Origin: Candidatus Anstonellales archaeon
Lineage (GTDB): Archaea > Micrarchaeota > Micrarchaeia > Anstonellales > J096
NCBI GenBank assembly: GCA_038740615.1
Contig: JAVYLQ010000001.1
Span: forward strand, 1 to 64,000
Direction: 5' to 3'
DNA length: 64,000 bases
Every line of letters begins with the position of its first letter. The stretch's first letter is position 1. Positions 45,090 through 54,922 of the stretch are shown one piece after another. The notes beneath the pieces are model-generated. The model was not told the origin of the DNA and made no database searches. It saw only the letters and a list, made by a program, of their open reading frames with translations. A program made the translations under genes and the position numbers.

Positions 45090-45689
45090 GAACAGCAATG
45101 CCGTCAGAGCACCCACAGAGGATCCAATCAGATTACTAGTTCCCTTGGTTCCTATTCCTCGCTCCTCAAAATGACCAGCAATTGAATCCGCAATATTACC
45201 CATAATACCTGCTAGAAATATGAATATAGATTGGTCGAGAGTTAGATTAAATGCTAATATACCAAATAGAGCTATTATCATAGATCCAAACATTCCAGCT
45301 ACAGTACCGTAGAGACTAATTGCACCACTCTTGCCAGGTATAGTCTTTTTGAACCCAATTATAGTATAAACCCTATTATCAAACACCCCTAATTCTGAAG
45401 AGAATTTATCAGAAGTTATTGCAGCTAATCCACCAAGATAACCCACAGGATTGTTTAATATAGCAAATACAGCTGGAACTAGACCATTAGATATAACATT
45501 AGATAATCCTCTAGTTCTCTCAAAGCTTCTGAGCTTTATCTTTTTAATAGCATTGAATAGAGTTATATAATTACTTACTGTTAGAAACAGAACGAATCCT
45601 AAAATGTATTCCAAACGGTTTGTAAAATAATATATAAGAGAGGCTAGAACAATCGCAGCTACTATTCCTTTGGAATCAAGACCTACCAT
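45084..45689 (-). CDS. DUF92/TMEM19-family membrane protein
   Basis: RG.SNVISNG, AAITSDKFSSELG, PGKSGAIS..G, G.IADS..G. Confidence 0.85.
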   Translation of the reverse strand: MVGLDSKGIVAAIVLASLIYYFTNRLEYILGFVLFLTVSNYITLFNAIKKIKLRSFERTRGLSNVISNGLVPAVFAILNNPVGYLGGLAAITSDKFSSELGVFDNRVYTIIGFKKTIPGKSGAISLYGTVAGMFGSMIIALFGILAFNLTLDQSIFIFLAGIMGNIADSIAGHFEERGIGTKGTSNLIGSSVGALTALLFL

Positions 45690-45704
45690 GTAACATTTTG
45701 TAAT

Positions 45705-46298
45705 CTATCTAGCTGATTGTGCAACTCTCTCTATTTCATCTTTCTTCTTAAGTGCATAGCTATTTGTAAGATCATTCTTTGCAGCTAATATTATCTCATC
45801 AGCCAGTACTTCATGAATTGGTCTTTTATTACTCCAGTGCTTGAGTATAGATGCAAGAACGATATTTCTTAGAGCCACATCTACTCTTCTTATAGATGAG
45901 ATATCTACAGCTACCTGATACCTAACTCCAGCAATCTCCACTTTTGTTATATCTTCTCTTGGTGCAGCATTTTCTATAGCTCTTACTAAAACCTCTACTG
46001 GATTAGTCTTTTCTCTCTTCTCTATCTCCTCCAATGCTCTGTAGATTATATTCAGAACTGTGTACTTCTTACCTTGCAATCTACCATGAGTCCTGATCAC
46101 CTTACCGCTCACTTTCTCTCCAGTCCCTCCTCTCATGAGCTTGTTTGCCAATCTCTCTATGATATTGACCTTTATCTTTCCCATGTATCTATTTGCATGT
46201 TTACCATGGGTATGTGGGAATACATCTCTAAGATCTATAACATCTTTTAAGCTCCTATCTCTAACTTCCACATCTAAACTCCATCTACCAAATAGCAT
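45705..46298 (-). CDS. rps7: 30S ribosomal protein S7
   Basis: LFGRWS, PHTHGKH, IIERLANKLM, AIENAAPRE, KKDEIERVAQSAR. Confidence 0.97.
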   Translation of the reverse strand: MLFGRWSLDVEVRDRSLKDVIDLRDVFPHTHGKHANRYMGKIKVNIIERLANKLMRGGTGEKVSGKVIRTHGRLQGKKYTVLNIIYRALEEIEKREKTNPVEVLVRAIENAAPREDITKVEIAGVRYQVAVDISSIRRVDVALRNIVLASILKHWSNKRPIHEVLADEIILAAKNDLTNSYALKKKDEIERVAQSAR

Positions 46299-46727
46299 TT
46301 ACCTCTTCACCTTCCCCTTTCTCAACATCTGCAAATCCAAACCAGCTACAGCAACAATCTTATATTTAATACCAGGTATAGATCCTATAGGTCCTCCCTG
46401 TGATCCCCCTATACCTGCTACCAGAACTTCATCGTGCTCTTTAATAAATGTAATTGCCTTGTCTCTAGGTGCATGTGCTGTAATCACCTTTCCATTTTTC
46501 TTGAGCTGAACTTTCACTGCTTTTATCAGACCTGAGTGTGGCTGCCTCTGCTCTACTACTACTTTCTGCAATACAATACCCGAAGCCATAGGAGCTTTAC
46601 CAAGAGGATCATGCTTCTCCTTAAGCCTCAATACTCTCCTCACATATTTAGGATCCAACCATCTATATTTTTTCCTTTTCTTCAGTAGATTTCTACCTGC
46701 AAATTCACCATTTGCTCCTTTACCCAT
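46299..46727 (-). CDS. rps12: 30S ribosomal protein S12
   Basis: NGEFAGR, QPHSG..K, VQL.KNGK, EHDEV, IPGIKYK. Confidence 0.97.
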   Translation of the reverse strand: MGKGANGEFAGRNLLKKRKKYRWLDPKYVRRVLRLKEKHDPLGKAPMASGIVLQKVVVEQRQPHSGLIKAVKVQLKKNGKVITAHAPRDKAITFIKEHDEVLVAGIGGSQGGPIGSIPGIKYKIVAVAGLDLQMLRKGKVKR

Positions 46728-46851
46728 ATGATTATCACCTTCAAATTCTATATATGAGATACATTTAAATATTTAATATGTTCCTAATCAGGTCATAATA
46801 TAAACACTGATTTGATAGCGTATTAGAACGGGGGCAGATAGTAAACAGTAA

Positions 46852-47739
46852 CTATTTACTCACAGAATCAGAACTATCATAATCGATATATGGTACGAAA
46901 CACTTTATAGCCTGTTTGAATTCTGTGAGTTCCAATCCATAGGATAGAGCTTTAGTGATGTTAAAAGATCTGGAGAGAGTTATTGGATATATCTCCTCTT
47001 TTCTAGAATAGATATATTCCATTGTATAGCCGAGAATAGTAGAAATTATTGGAACTTTTAATCTAGCTCTAAATAATTCTCTAACGGGCCTAGGGTTCAT
47101 TTGAATGCCTAACACCTCTGATACATCTCTAATAATCTGCATAAACTCTATTCCTGGAGAGGTTAGATTGATCACATCAGAATTATTAAATTCTAGATTT
47201 TTAGAGATAAATTTGGCTACGTCTCTTGCATAGATAAATGGAACAGTATTCTTCCCATCTCCAAAATAGAAAGGTCCGTGCCTCTTCCAAGCTCTTAACA
47301 TATCCAAATACTGCTCATAATATTCCCCGAAAACAGTCCCAATTCTTAATATCTTTGCTCTTTTAGATGATTGTATCACTATTCTCTCAGCAGCTAATTT
47401 TGAAGCCCCGTAAGCGTCATTAGGCCGTGTTGGACTAGATTCATCAAATCCACTAAAATTTCTACGTCCGTATACTGCAATTGATGATAGGAATATTATT
47501 CTATCGCTGTTCAATCCTTGTAATATCTCATCTACAATCTTATAATTTACTCTCCAAATATCATCAGCACTGCCTTTAGTTATACCGATCGCAATTATCA
47601 CAACATCATATCCCTTTACCTTATTTGCTATGCTTTCCCTATCATAATTTATATTCTGTCTGGAGTAGGGATCATATGGGATGAATTCAGATATATATCT
47701 TGCAATTCTAGAGTTGGCACCTATAAGAGCTATTTTCAT
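46852..47739 (-). CDS. NAD-dependent epimerase/dehydratase (extended SDR)
   Basis: N-terminal Rossmann segment with degenerate GANSRIA; SSIAVYG; YGASK. Confidence 0.85.
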   Translation of the reverse strand: MKIALIGANSRIARYISEFIPYDPYSRQNINYDRESIANKVKGYDVVIIAIGITKGSADDIWRVNYKIVDEILQGLNSDRIIFLSSIAVYGRRNFSGFDESSPTRPNDAYGASKLAAERIVIQSSKRAKILRIGTVFGEYYEQYLDMLRAWKRHGPFYFGDGKNTVPFIYARDVAKFISKNLEFNNSDVINLTSPGIEFMQIIRDVSEVLGIQMNPRPVRELFRARLKVPIISTILGYTMEYIYSRKEEIYPITLSRSFNITKALSYGLELTEFKQAIKCFVPYIDYDSSDSVSK

Positions 47740-47793
47740 ACATCTCTTCTATTAGAATCTGTAGAATATTTAAAATTATCCATGTAAATAGTT

Positions 47794-49401
47794 ATGATGA
47801 AATCGAAATTAAAGTATGGCAAGAGCAGCAATCTGAGTAGAGCAATAAGAATTGATTATGATAGTACCCAAGACATCTGTGATTATTCTGATAGCCAAGG
47901 GATCAGAGAGAGATTAATTAGAAAATTTCTGGAGAGATTCAAGAAAGACTTGGAGAGAGGTAAATACGAACGGGTCATATCGAATTGGCCTCTACCAATA
48001 CAAATAGAACCGAACAAACATAACGCAAGAGAGATTTTAGATTTAATATACAGCGATATAACTCGAATTTATGAGTCTTTATCTTCATTAGAGCAAATAC
48101 ATACGATCAGGAAGATTAAGACAAGTTCAGATAGATTGAGTAAGCTAATAGAGATCCTTAGAGCTACTAAATACGATAAACTAACTGAGTATTCTGTACT
48201 ATTGATAGAAGGTTTGAAAGTAGTCAGTAAAGAACGTTTTGGGGAGCAGATGGCAAATATTCTTAATCATATTATATATGATAGTGATAGTAGTTGGGAT
48301 AGAGCGGATTATAAGTTGAGTAATGATAAATTAAGATATGTTAAAGCTGCCCTCTCAATAGCTGGGATTGTGTTTGCTCTAGAGTATTCTAAGAGAAAAA
48401 ATGAGTCTAGGAAAAAGTGGGATAATGTTGCTAGATTCTTCATTGAATTCTATAAGGAGCTCGAGTACGATGGTGTTGTGGATGTTATCGAAGAAGTATA
48501 CTTTATGGATAGAGAGCAATTTAACAGAATTTATGAAGAATTAAAATGTAAAAAGTTCCAAGAGATACGAGATGTGTTAAAAAATTTAGAGAATGTAGAG
48601 GGAGTAGAATCTAGATTGAAAAGTAAATACAGTACCTATATGAAGCTTAAGAATAAGTATAAATTAGATCCGGATAATCAGAAACTGGATCTAAATACTG
48701 TAAAGGAGAAATTAAATGATGTGAATGGATTCAGAATCATACTGAAAGATCCTAATAATTTCACAAAAACTCTAGCTCTTCTACTACATAAGATATCGGA
48801 GGTAATAAGAGATATTAAGATGATAGAGTTGGAGTTCTATAATTGTGAAGACCGATTGGAGCAGATGAAACGGGATTTAAAAAAACCCCCCAATAGTCTT
48901 ATAGAGGAGCTAAACGAACATATAAAAAATAATAATACTAAGATGGAATCCAGGAAGAAAGATAATAACTATAGGGCAATTCATGTACTGTTTGCTACCC
49001 CAGAAAATGTTAAAATAGAAGTACATGTGATTGAAAGCAGAGAAATCTATGAGAGAAACAAATACTCTCAATCATCCGCACATATTATTTACAAGAACAG
49101 AGATTTGCAAGATGTGGTTGACAAACTTAGATCCACTTTACTACAGCTATTATCTCTAAATCAAATTATGCTAAAAGATGGAAATGAGGAAATAGAGTTG
49201 TCACCGGCTGATATCAAATCTTATGGTGATAAGCAGATCATATGGCAGAGTGGTGCAAATGATCGTGTGATATTGCTATTTGGAGATAGTCTAAGTTATA
49301 TGAAAGTCCTAAGTCCTAAAGTAGAAACGCCAATATCCATAAATGTTAAAATAGACAAATATACTAATAAGATGGTGGCTAAAGTTGAATCAGATAATTG
49401 A
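47794..49401 (+). CDS. RelA/SpoT-like protein: degenerate HD region plus (p)ppGpp synthetase-like domain
   Basis: SRLKSKYSTYMKL, LNDVNGFRII, KDNNYRAIH, IEVHV, AHIIYK match the RSH synthetase motifs in order. Confidence 0.75.
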   Translation: MMKSKLKYGKSSNLSRAIRIDYDSTQDICDYSDSQGIRERLIRKFLERFKKDLERGKYERVISNWPLPIQIEPNKHNAREILDLIYSDITRIYESLSSLEQIHTIRKIKTSSDRLSKLIEILRATKYDKLTEYSVLLIEGLKVVSKERFGEQMANILNHIIYDSDSSWDRADYKLSNDKLRYVKAALSIAGIVFALEYSKRKNESRKKWDNVARFFIEFYKELEYDGVVDVIEEVYFMDREQFNRIYEELKCKKFQEIRDVLKNLENVEGVESRLKSKYSTYMKLKNKYKLDPDNQKLDLNTVKEKLNDVNGFRIILKDPNNFTKTLALLLHKISEVIRDIKMIELEFYNCEDRLEQMKRDLKKPPNSLIEELNEHIKNNNTKMESRKKDNNYRAIHVLFATPENVKIEVHVIESREIYERNKYSQSSAHIIYKNRDLQDVVDKLRSTLLQLLSLNQIMLKDGNEEIELSPADIKSYGDKQIIWQSGANDRVILLFGDSLSYMKVLSPKVETPISINVKIDKYTNKMVAKVESDN

Positions 49402-50077
49402 TTATATTGCTAGTGTTGGTATAGATGGAGCCAGATGGATAGAGGAGAATGTTGATAAACAATACCAGTCATTACTAGAACTATCAGAATATCTACCCAC
49501 TGATAGATTCCTTACGTTGATTGTAAAAAATGCACTGATTGCATTCCAACTCACTTCTAAAGGTGAACACTATTGGCAGGAGTTTAGCGAATACTTCATA
49601 AGTAATCCTGATAAAGATATAGTAGATTTTTTGAGAACGAGTAAGGGAAATAGATTGTATCACAATATGAAAATTAATAGATTGAAAAGAATAGAGAATT
49701 CTGTTTTTGGAATAGAGTACTACTGGGATATGAATAAACTAAGAAGAGAACTGGAATTAAAGTTGAATAGTACTGGTAAGACAATATTCTTTGCTGTGAA
49801 AATGTACGGATATGGAGCTAGAATAGTTTCAAAACAATTCATACCGTATCCAACATCCATCCCCATACCTGTTGATTCTAGAGTAAGGAAAATAACAGAA
49901 AGGATTGGAGGATCCGACCCAGAGAAGTTCTGGCAAGAGGTATCTCACCAAACAGGAGTACCACCACTACACATAGATTCTATAATCTGGCCTTTACTAT
50001 CCGGAGATAGGGAAATACTAGATAGGTATAGATCTAGATTTAGTATACCTAAGTTTTTATCCTCTTTAATAGATTGA
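49385..50077 (+). CDS. N-glycosylase/DNA lyase (AGOG, archaeal 8-oxoG glycosylase)
   Basis: D.QY, NALIAFQL..KGE.YW, KTIFFAVKMYGY, IPIPVDSRV, PPLHIDSIIW; TTG start after GGTGG. Confidence 0.88.
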   Translation: MNQIIDYIASVGIDGARWIEENVDKQYQSLLELSEYLPTDRFLTLIVKNALIAFQLTSKGEHYWQEFSEYFISNPDKDIVDFLRTSKGNRLYHNMKINRLKRIENSVFGIEYYWDMNKLRRELELKLNSTGKTIFFAVKMYGYGARIVSKQFIPYPTSIPIPVDSRVRKITERIGGSDPEKFWQEVSHQTGVPPLHIDSIIWPLLSGDREILDRYRSRFSIPKFLSSLID

Positions 50078-51236
50078 TAATACTCTTATCATTCTTTATT
50101 TTATTAAATGCTCTCTTTGCTTCAAAGAACTTGTTCAACATATTTCTTACCTCTAATTCGTTAAGACCCGCTCCCTTAGCGATTCTTCTAATTCTGGAAT
50201 CAGATGATTTTATTATTTCAGGTTTTCTACGCTCTTCTGGAGTCATAGAATCTATCATAGCCCTAAACTTTCTCATCATATCCTGCATTTTCATTGATTG
50301 TTCTACATTTACATTTATTCCGAATCCGCTCAATATATCCTCTATATTCCTACCTCGCATTTGCTCTAGCTGCTTCAAATAAGTCTCGAAATTAAATTCC
50401 AAAGATTCGTCCAAATCATCTAAAACCTCTTTCAACTGGCTAGGATTTATAAATCCCAACATCTTTGTTAGTAGATCATCCGGATTGTAAGGGCTTATGT
50501 TATCTATTTTCTCCCCGTGTCCTACAAATACTATTGGAATTTTCAGATTTCTAACAGCAATAAATGCTCCCCCTGCCTTACCTGATCCATCTATCTTAGT
50601 GATTATAGCCCCGGTTATTCCCAATTCCTTGAAGCTCTCTGCCAATTTCTCCGCATATTTACCTGTATCCGCACCTATAACCAACCACACATCATCAGGT
50701 GAAACCCTTTCCCTTATAGATTTTAGCTTATCTATATATCTCTGTTCTTCACCAGATTTGCCAGGAGTATCGATGATCCACATTTCGTTTGGTTTTGGAT
50801 TGTAGACTTCAGAATAATCTCTAACTAGCTGTTTCAATTGTTCTTTACCAGCTGGTCGCTCATCATCAAAAGATACAACTCTGGTAGGAAGCCCTCTAGT
50901 AGAGAAATATTTCCAGAGCTTTGCGGCAGTAGTAGTCTTCCCCGATCCATACAATCCAACCAACATTATTTTCCTAGGTCTAAAATCTGGTTGATAAGGT
51001 TCACCTAATACTTCCTTTAGAATATTATAAAGAGAGCGGATTATATATTGCTTGCTTGGAAACTTATCCTTAGAGATATCTGATTTAAGTCTGTTTGTAA
51101 TTTCAAAGACCACTTTTGGAGGGATATCTGCTAGCAACATTGATTTCTGTATCTCTAGAATAAATTCTCCTATTGCCGTTTGATCTAAAATGGGCTTTCC
51201 TAGGAATTTCTCTATAATGGGTCTTAGTGATATCAT
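50049..51236 (-). CDS. srp54: signal recognition particle protein SRP54, divergent
   Basis: GLYGSGKTTTAAKL, TKIDGSGKAGGA, M domain IDSMTPEER..P...SRIRRIAKGAG. Confidence 0.92.
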   Translation of the reverse strand: MISLRPIIEKFLGKPILDQTAIGEFILEIQKSMLLADIPPKVVFEITNRLKSDISKDKFPSKQYIIRSLYNILKEVLGEPYQPDFRPRKIMLVGLYGSGKTTTAAKLWKYFSTRGLPTRVVSFDDERPAGKEQLKQLVRDYSEVYNPKPNEMWIIDTPGKSGEEQRYIDKLKSIRERVSPDDVWLVIGADTGKYAEKLAESFKELGITGAIITKIDGSGKAGGAFIAVRNLKIPIVFVGHGEKIDNISPYNPDDLLTKMLGFINPSQLKEVLDDLDESLEFNFETYLKQLEQMRGRNIEDILSGFGINVNVEQSMKMQDMMRKFRAMIDSMTPEERRKPEIIKSSDSRIRRIAKGAGLNELEVRNMLNKFFEAKRAFNKIKNDKSIINLLKRIKT

Positions 51237-52180
51237 CCTTCGTCTCCTAACAATTGAGGGGATTTAACACCTACAGAAAACATTATTACCTGAATCGTGT
51301 CTTTTAGGTCCTCTTTAATCCTAACCCCCATCTTAACCTCGCCCATCTCCACAATTCCTCGAGTCAGACTATTTGCCACCTCACTAACCTCACCTAGTTG
51401 TACATCTGGGGAGATAGTTAGGTGTATTATAGCACCTTTAGCACCTTCATAGTCTATATTTAGTAATGGATGAGATAATGTTGATTCTATTGCCTTTTTA
51501 ACTCTATCAGTACCAGAACCCTGACCAATAGATATCATTATTAATCCTCCTTTAGAGAGTAAGGCTCGCATATCTGCTAAATCTACATTTATTAGAGATA
51601 CCTCAGATAATACACTTACCAATCCATCTACAGCATTTATCACAACGTTATCTACCATTTCAAAAGCCTTACTTATAGATAGATTAGGGAAGTATTCCAT
51701 AAGTTTGTTATTGTCTATCAATACTAATGTATTAACGTATTGCATAAATCTCTGTATCCCTTCTGATGCTGTTTTCAGCCTAGCTCTTTCAAATCTGAAT
51801 GGATAGGTTGCTACACCTATTATAACTGCATATGGCATATTATCCCTTAATAGTTTTGCTAATGCTGGCGCTCCTCCTGTACCAGTACCACCCCCCATAC
51901 CAGCTACTATGAATATGAAATCTGGATCTTGGATTAGATCTAAGATCTTATCCTTAGCCAGTAATATAGCTCTCTCGCCTATCTCAGGCCTACCTCCTGA
52001 ACCATGGCCTAACATAGGAGTCTGAAGCAGTATTTTATGATCAGCTAGTGCACCAACCAAGCTGTTATATGTAGATCCAAGAACGATAGTTTTGACAACA
52101 TTAGAATTAATCCCTCTGAGTTTCATTCTTGAGATTATATTTAAACCCGCATCACCAATTCCAATAACATATATTCTCAT
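51233..52180 (-). CDS. ftsZ: cell division protein FtsZ
   Basis: GMGGGTGTGGAP tubulin signature, PFRFE, IDNNKL, INVDLAD. Confidence 0.93.
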   Translation of the reverse strand: MRIYVIGIGDAGLNIISRMKLRGINSNVVKTIVLGSTYNSLVGALADHKILLQTPMLGHGSGGRPEIGERAILLAKDKILDLIQDPDFIFIVAGMGGGTGTGGAPALAKLLRDNMPYAVIIGVATYPFRFERARLKTASEGIQRFMQYVNTLVLIDNNKLMEYFPNLSISKAFEMVDNVVINAVDGLVSVLSEVSLINVDLADMRALLSKGGLIMISIGQGSGTDRVKKAIESTLSHPLLNIDYEGAKGAIIHLTISPDVQLGEVSEVANSLTRGIVEMGEVKMGVRIKEDLKDTIQVIMFSVGVKSPQLLGDEG

Positions 52181-52207
52181 AGCACTTTATATTAGCTGAA
52201 CATCATA

Positions 52208-52213
52208 TTTAAA
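52208..52213. promoter_or_regulatory. palindromic TATA-like box shared by divergent ftsZ and infB
   Basis: TTTAAA 27 and 21 nt from the two start codons. Confidence 0.6.
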
Positions 52214-52234
52214 TTTATCTATCAAATCTAAAAC

Positions 52235-53941
52235 ATGATTTTAAGATCACCTATAATAAGTGTATTGGGTCATGTTGATCATGGTAAAACCAGTCTATTG
52301 GATAGAATAAGACAATCAAATATAGCTAGAAAAGAAGCTGGAGGGATAACTCAAATGATAGGTGCAAGCTATCTATCTAAGGATTCAATAATTGCTCTAT
52401 CTGGAGATTTTCTAAAGAGATGGAATTTTGAATTATTGATTCCAGGGTTATTATTCATAGATACACCTGGCCATGAGGCATTTACATTATTGAGAGAACA
52501 AGGAGGGAGTATAGCTGACTTAGCTATACTTGTTATAGATATAAAACAGGGTATCCAACCTCAAACAGTAGAGAGTATAAACATACTCAGGAACTATAAG
52601 ACTCCTTTTGTAGTTGCACTAACCAAAATAGATCTGATCAGTGGGTGGAAAAACTTAAGCGATAATATAATTAGTAACATAGAATTGCAGAATAGTATAA
52701 CTAGGAAGGAATTTGAAGAATTAGTCTGGAGAAGAATTGGCGAATTAGCAGAACAGGGAATAAATGCAGATCTGTTTTTCAACATAAGAGACTTCACCAG
52801 AACCGCTGCAATTGTACCTGTATCATCAGTAACTGGGGAAGGATTCTCCGAATTGATCGGATTGATATGTGGATTATCTCAGAGATTTCTCAGAAACTCA
52901 CTACAGATAGAGTTAGATGAACCTACAGAGGGCACTATAATAGATTTGAAAAGAGATTCTGGGGGGAATTATATTGATGTGATTATATATAAGGGCAAGT
53001 TAAGGAAAGGGGATACTATATACTCAATAGATCTATCAGGTAATATAAAGACAATAAAGGTCAGAGGTTTATTTATCCCAAATGTATCTTCAAATGATCC
53101 TAGAGATAGATATAAATCAATAGATCAGATAGCTGCTGCAGCCGGGGTTAGAATAGTAACTAATTCAATCGACGGATTGATGATAGGATTACCGATATCT
53201 AGTAAGACTAAGATAGATAACTATAACATAAATAGGATCTTAAAAGTGGACGACCAGGGTATAGTAGTGAAAACAGATTCTATTGGTAGCGCTGATGCAT
53301 TCAGAAGACTTGTTGAGAAAGAAGGGATAAAAATAAGGAAAATAGGGGTTGGAAACATAAACAAAGATGATATAGAAATGGCATCAGCCATGAATGAATT
53401 AAACCCAGATTATGGTTTTGTAATAGGATTTAATGTGAACATATCCAGAGAGGATCTGGAATTTGCAGAGTCACATGGGGTTAAGATAATAATAGGAGAT
53501 GTAATATACAGATTGATTGAATCCTACAAGGAGAGAGTTAGAGAGAAGCGCGAGAGGTTACTCCAGGAATTGATGCAGAAGGCCACTCCTCCAGCAAAGC
53601 TGTTTGTAATGAAAGATTACATATTCAGAATTAGTAAGCCTGCAATATTTGGTATTAGAGTTATTGAAGGGGAAATTAGGACGAATATGAGATTAATAAA
53701 TAACCAAGGAGAGATTATCGGAGAGGTTGTAGGGATACAAAAGAATAAGATTCAGATAAATTCTGCAAAGGCAGGAGAGGAAGTTGCAATAGCTGTAAAT
53801 GGTGGTGAAATAGGAGATAATATACTACCAGATAGTTTTCTATGGAGTGATGTGAGTGATATTGATAAGTGGAGAGATATGATATCTCAAGAATTATATG
53901 AGGAATACAGAAGAATATTATTACTTAGAAAAATAAGATAG
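52235..53941 (+). CDS. infB: translation initiation factor aIF5B (IF2)
   Basis: LRSPI..LGHVDHGKT, EAGGITQ.IGA, DTPGHEAF, TKID; no intein. Confidence 0.97.
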   Translation: MILRSPIISVLGHVDHGKTSLLDRIRQSNIARKEAGGITQMIGASYLSKDSIIALSGDFLKRWNFELLIPGLLFIDTPGHEAFTLLREQGGSIADLAILVIDIKQGIQPQTVESINILRNYKTPFVVALTKIDLISGWKNLSDNIISNIELQNSITRKEFEELVWRRIGELAEQGINADLFFNIRDFTRTAAIVPVSSVTGEGFSELIGLICGLSQRFLRNSLQIELDEPTEGTIIDLKRDSGGNYIDVIIYKGKLRKGDTIYSIDLSGNIKTIKVRGLFIPNVSSNDPRDRYKSIDQIAAAAGVRIVTNSIDGLMIGLPISSKTKIDNYNINRILKVDDQGIVVKTDSIGSADAFRRLVEKEGIKIRKIGVGNINKDDIEMASAMNELNPDYGFVIGFNVNISREDLEFAESHGVKIIIGDVIYRLIESYKERVREKRERLLQELMQKATPPAKLFVMKDYIFRISKPAIFGIRVIEGEIRTNMRLINNQGEIIGEVVGIQKNKIQINSAKAGEEVAIAVNGGEIGDNILPDSFLWSDVSDIDKWRDMISQELYEEYRRILLLRKIR

Positions 53942-54427
53942 ATAGGGCTGAATTAGTTTCTGAAACACGCTGTAACGATTTATCTTTATGATAATCCATC
54001 TGCCCTGTTTAAGAACTATCTCAGGATACATACCTAGATTATTCAACAACCAAAAATCCTGTGCATCCCCTAAGATTTCATTATCTTGTAGTTCTATCTT
54101 CTTAAGATTAGCTAGTTCTCTGGAAGCCTCATATAGACCTGCCAGATATGCTCCAGAGAATTCATTTAAGAATCTGAATTTTCTAATTCTTTCCCTCTCA
54201 ATTCTCTTTATCATCCCCCTCCCTTTAGTTGTTCCTCTAATAATATAGCCATTTCCTAATTTGATGACTTCATATTTATCATGTGCTAGAAAAAACTTAA
54301 CATACCAATCAATAAATTCTTTTGAATGAGTGCCTCTAATGCCTATCCCACCTTTACCATATTTTAATAGATGCCACCATCCTACCATATAAGCGATATG
54401 AGGTTGAAACTTAACGCTTGAGGACAT
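53921..54427 (-). CDS. hypothetical protein with degenerate LAGLIDADG-like motifs
   Basis: IAYMVGWW and GAYLAGLYEASR about 85 aa apart. Confidence 0.5.
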   Translation of the reverse strand: MSSSVKFQPHIAYMVGWWHLLKYGKGGIGIRGTHSKEFIDWYVKFFLAHDKYEVIKLGNGYIIRGTTKGRGMIKRIERERIRKFRFLNEFSGAYLAGLYEASRELANLKKIELQDNEILGDAQDFWLLNNLGMYPEIVLKQGRWIIIKINRYSVFQKLIQPYLSYFSK

Positions 54428-54911
54428 TTTCCTCTTTCTTCTCTTGGGTCTGTTGCTGTTGAGTGGATACAGAAGTTTTCTGTGGTTGAGATAATCTCAT
54501 TTTCAACTCAGTAGTATTAGCCAGTATCCTCTCACCTAATAACTGATCAAAGTTAGCAATAAATCTATCTGCTGTCTTATTACCATCCAAACCAATTGAA
54601 TTAAACACATCCACCAATTCCTTACGCTCTGCCTCTGTAAATGGCTGTTGATTGCTCTCTATATTCTGTATAGCTCTACTGAATATTCTTTCGATCTTAT
54701 CTAAATTCTGATTTAATTTCTCTCTATCTAATAATTTAGTCTGAGGATCTTTGGATGAAATAATGAATGCTGATATAAGAGCGATACTTGAGATCTCTAT
54801 CTGCTTTATTCTCTGTGATAAGATACTATTTATTATAGATATATCTTTCTTAGATGCACCTCCTTTTTGCAGAGCTGATAGGATTCTGTTTTTAAATTCA
54901 TTCAAATTCAT
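54411..54911 (-). CDS. hypothetical protein
   Basis: Helical ORF with a Q/T-rich tail; ATG 54911 preferred over TTG 54920. Confidence 0.55.
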   Translation of the reverse strand: MNLNEFKNRILSALQKGGASKKDISIINSILSQRIKQIEISSIALISAFIISSKDPQTKLLDREKLNQNLDKIERIFSRAIQNIESNQQPFTEAERKELVDVFNSIGLDGNKTADRFIANFDQLLGERILANTTELKMRLSQPQKTSVSTQQQQTQEKKEENVLKR

Positions 54912-54922
54912 GCTGATCAATA

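Noticed and set aside
53921..54427. Active mobile homing endonuclease
   Set aside because: Catalytic acidic residues are absent and no host intron or intein surrounds it.
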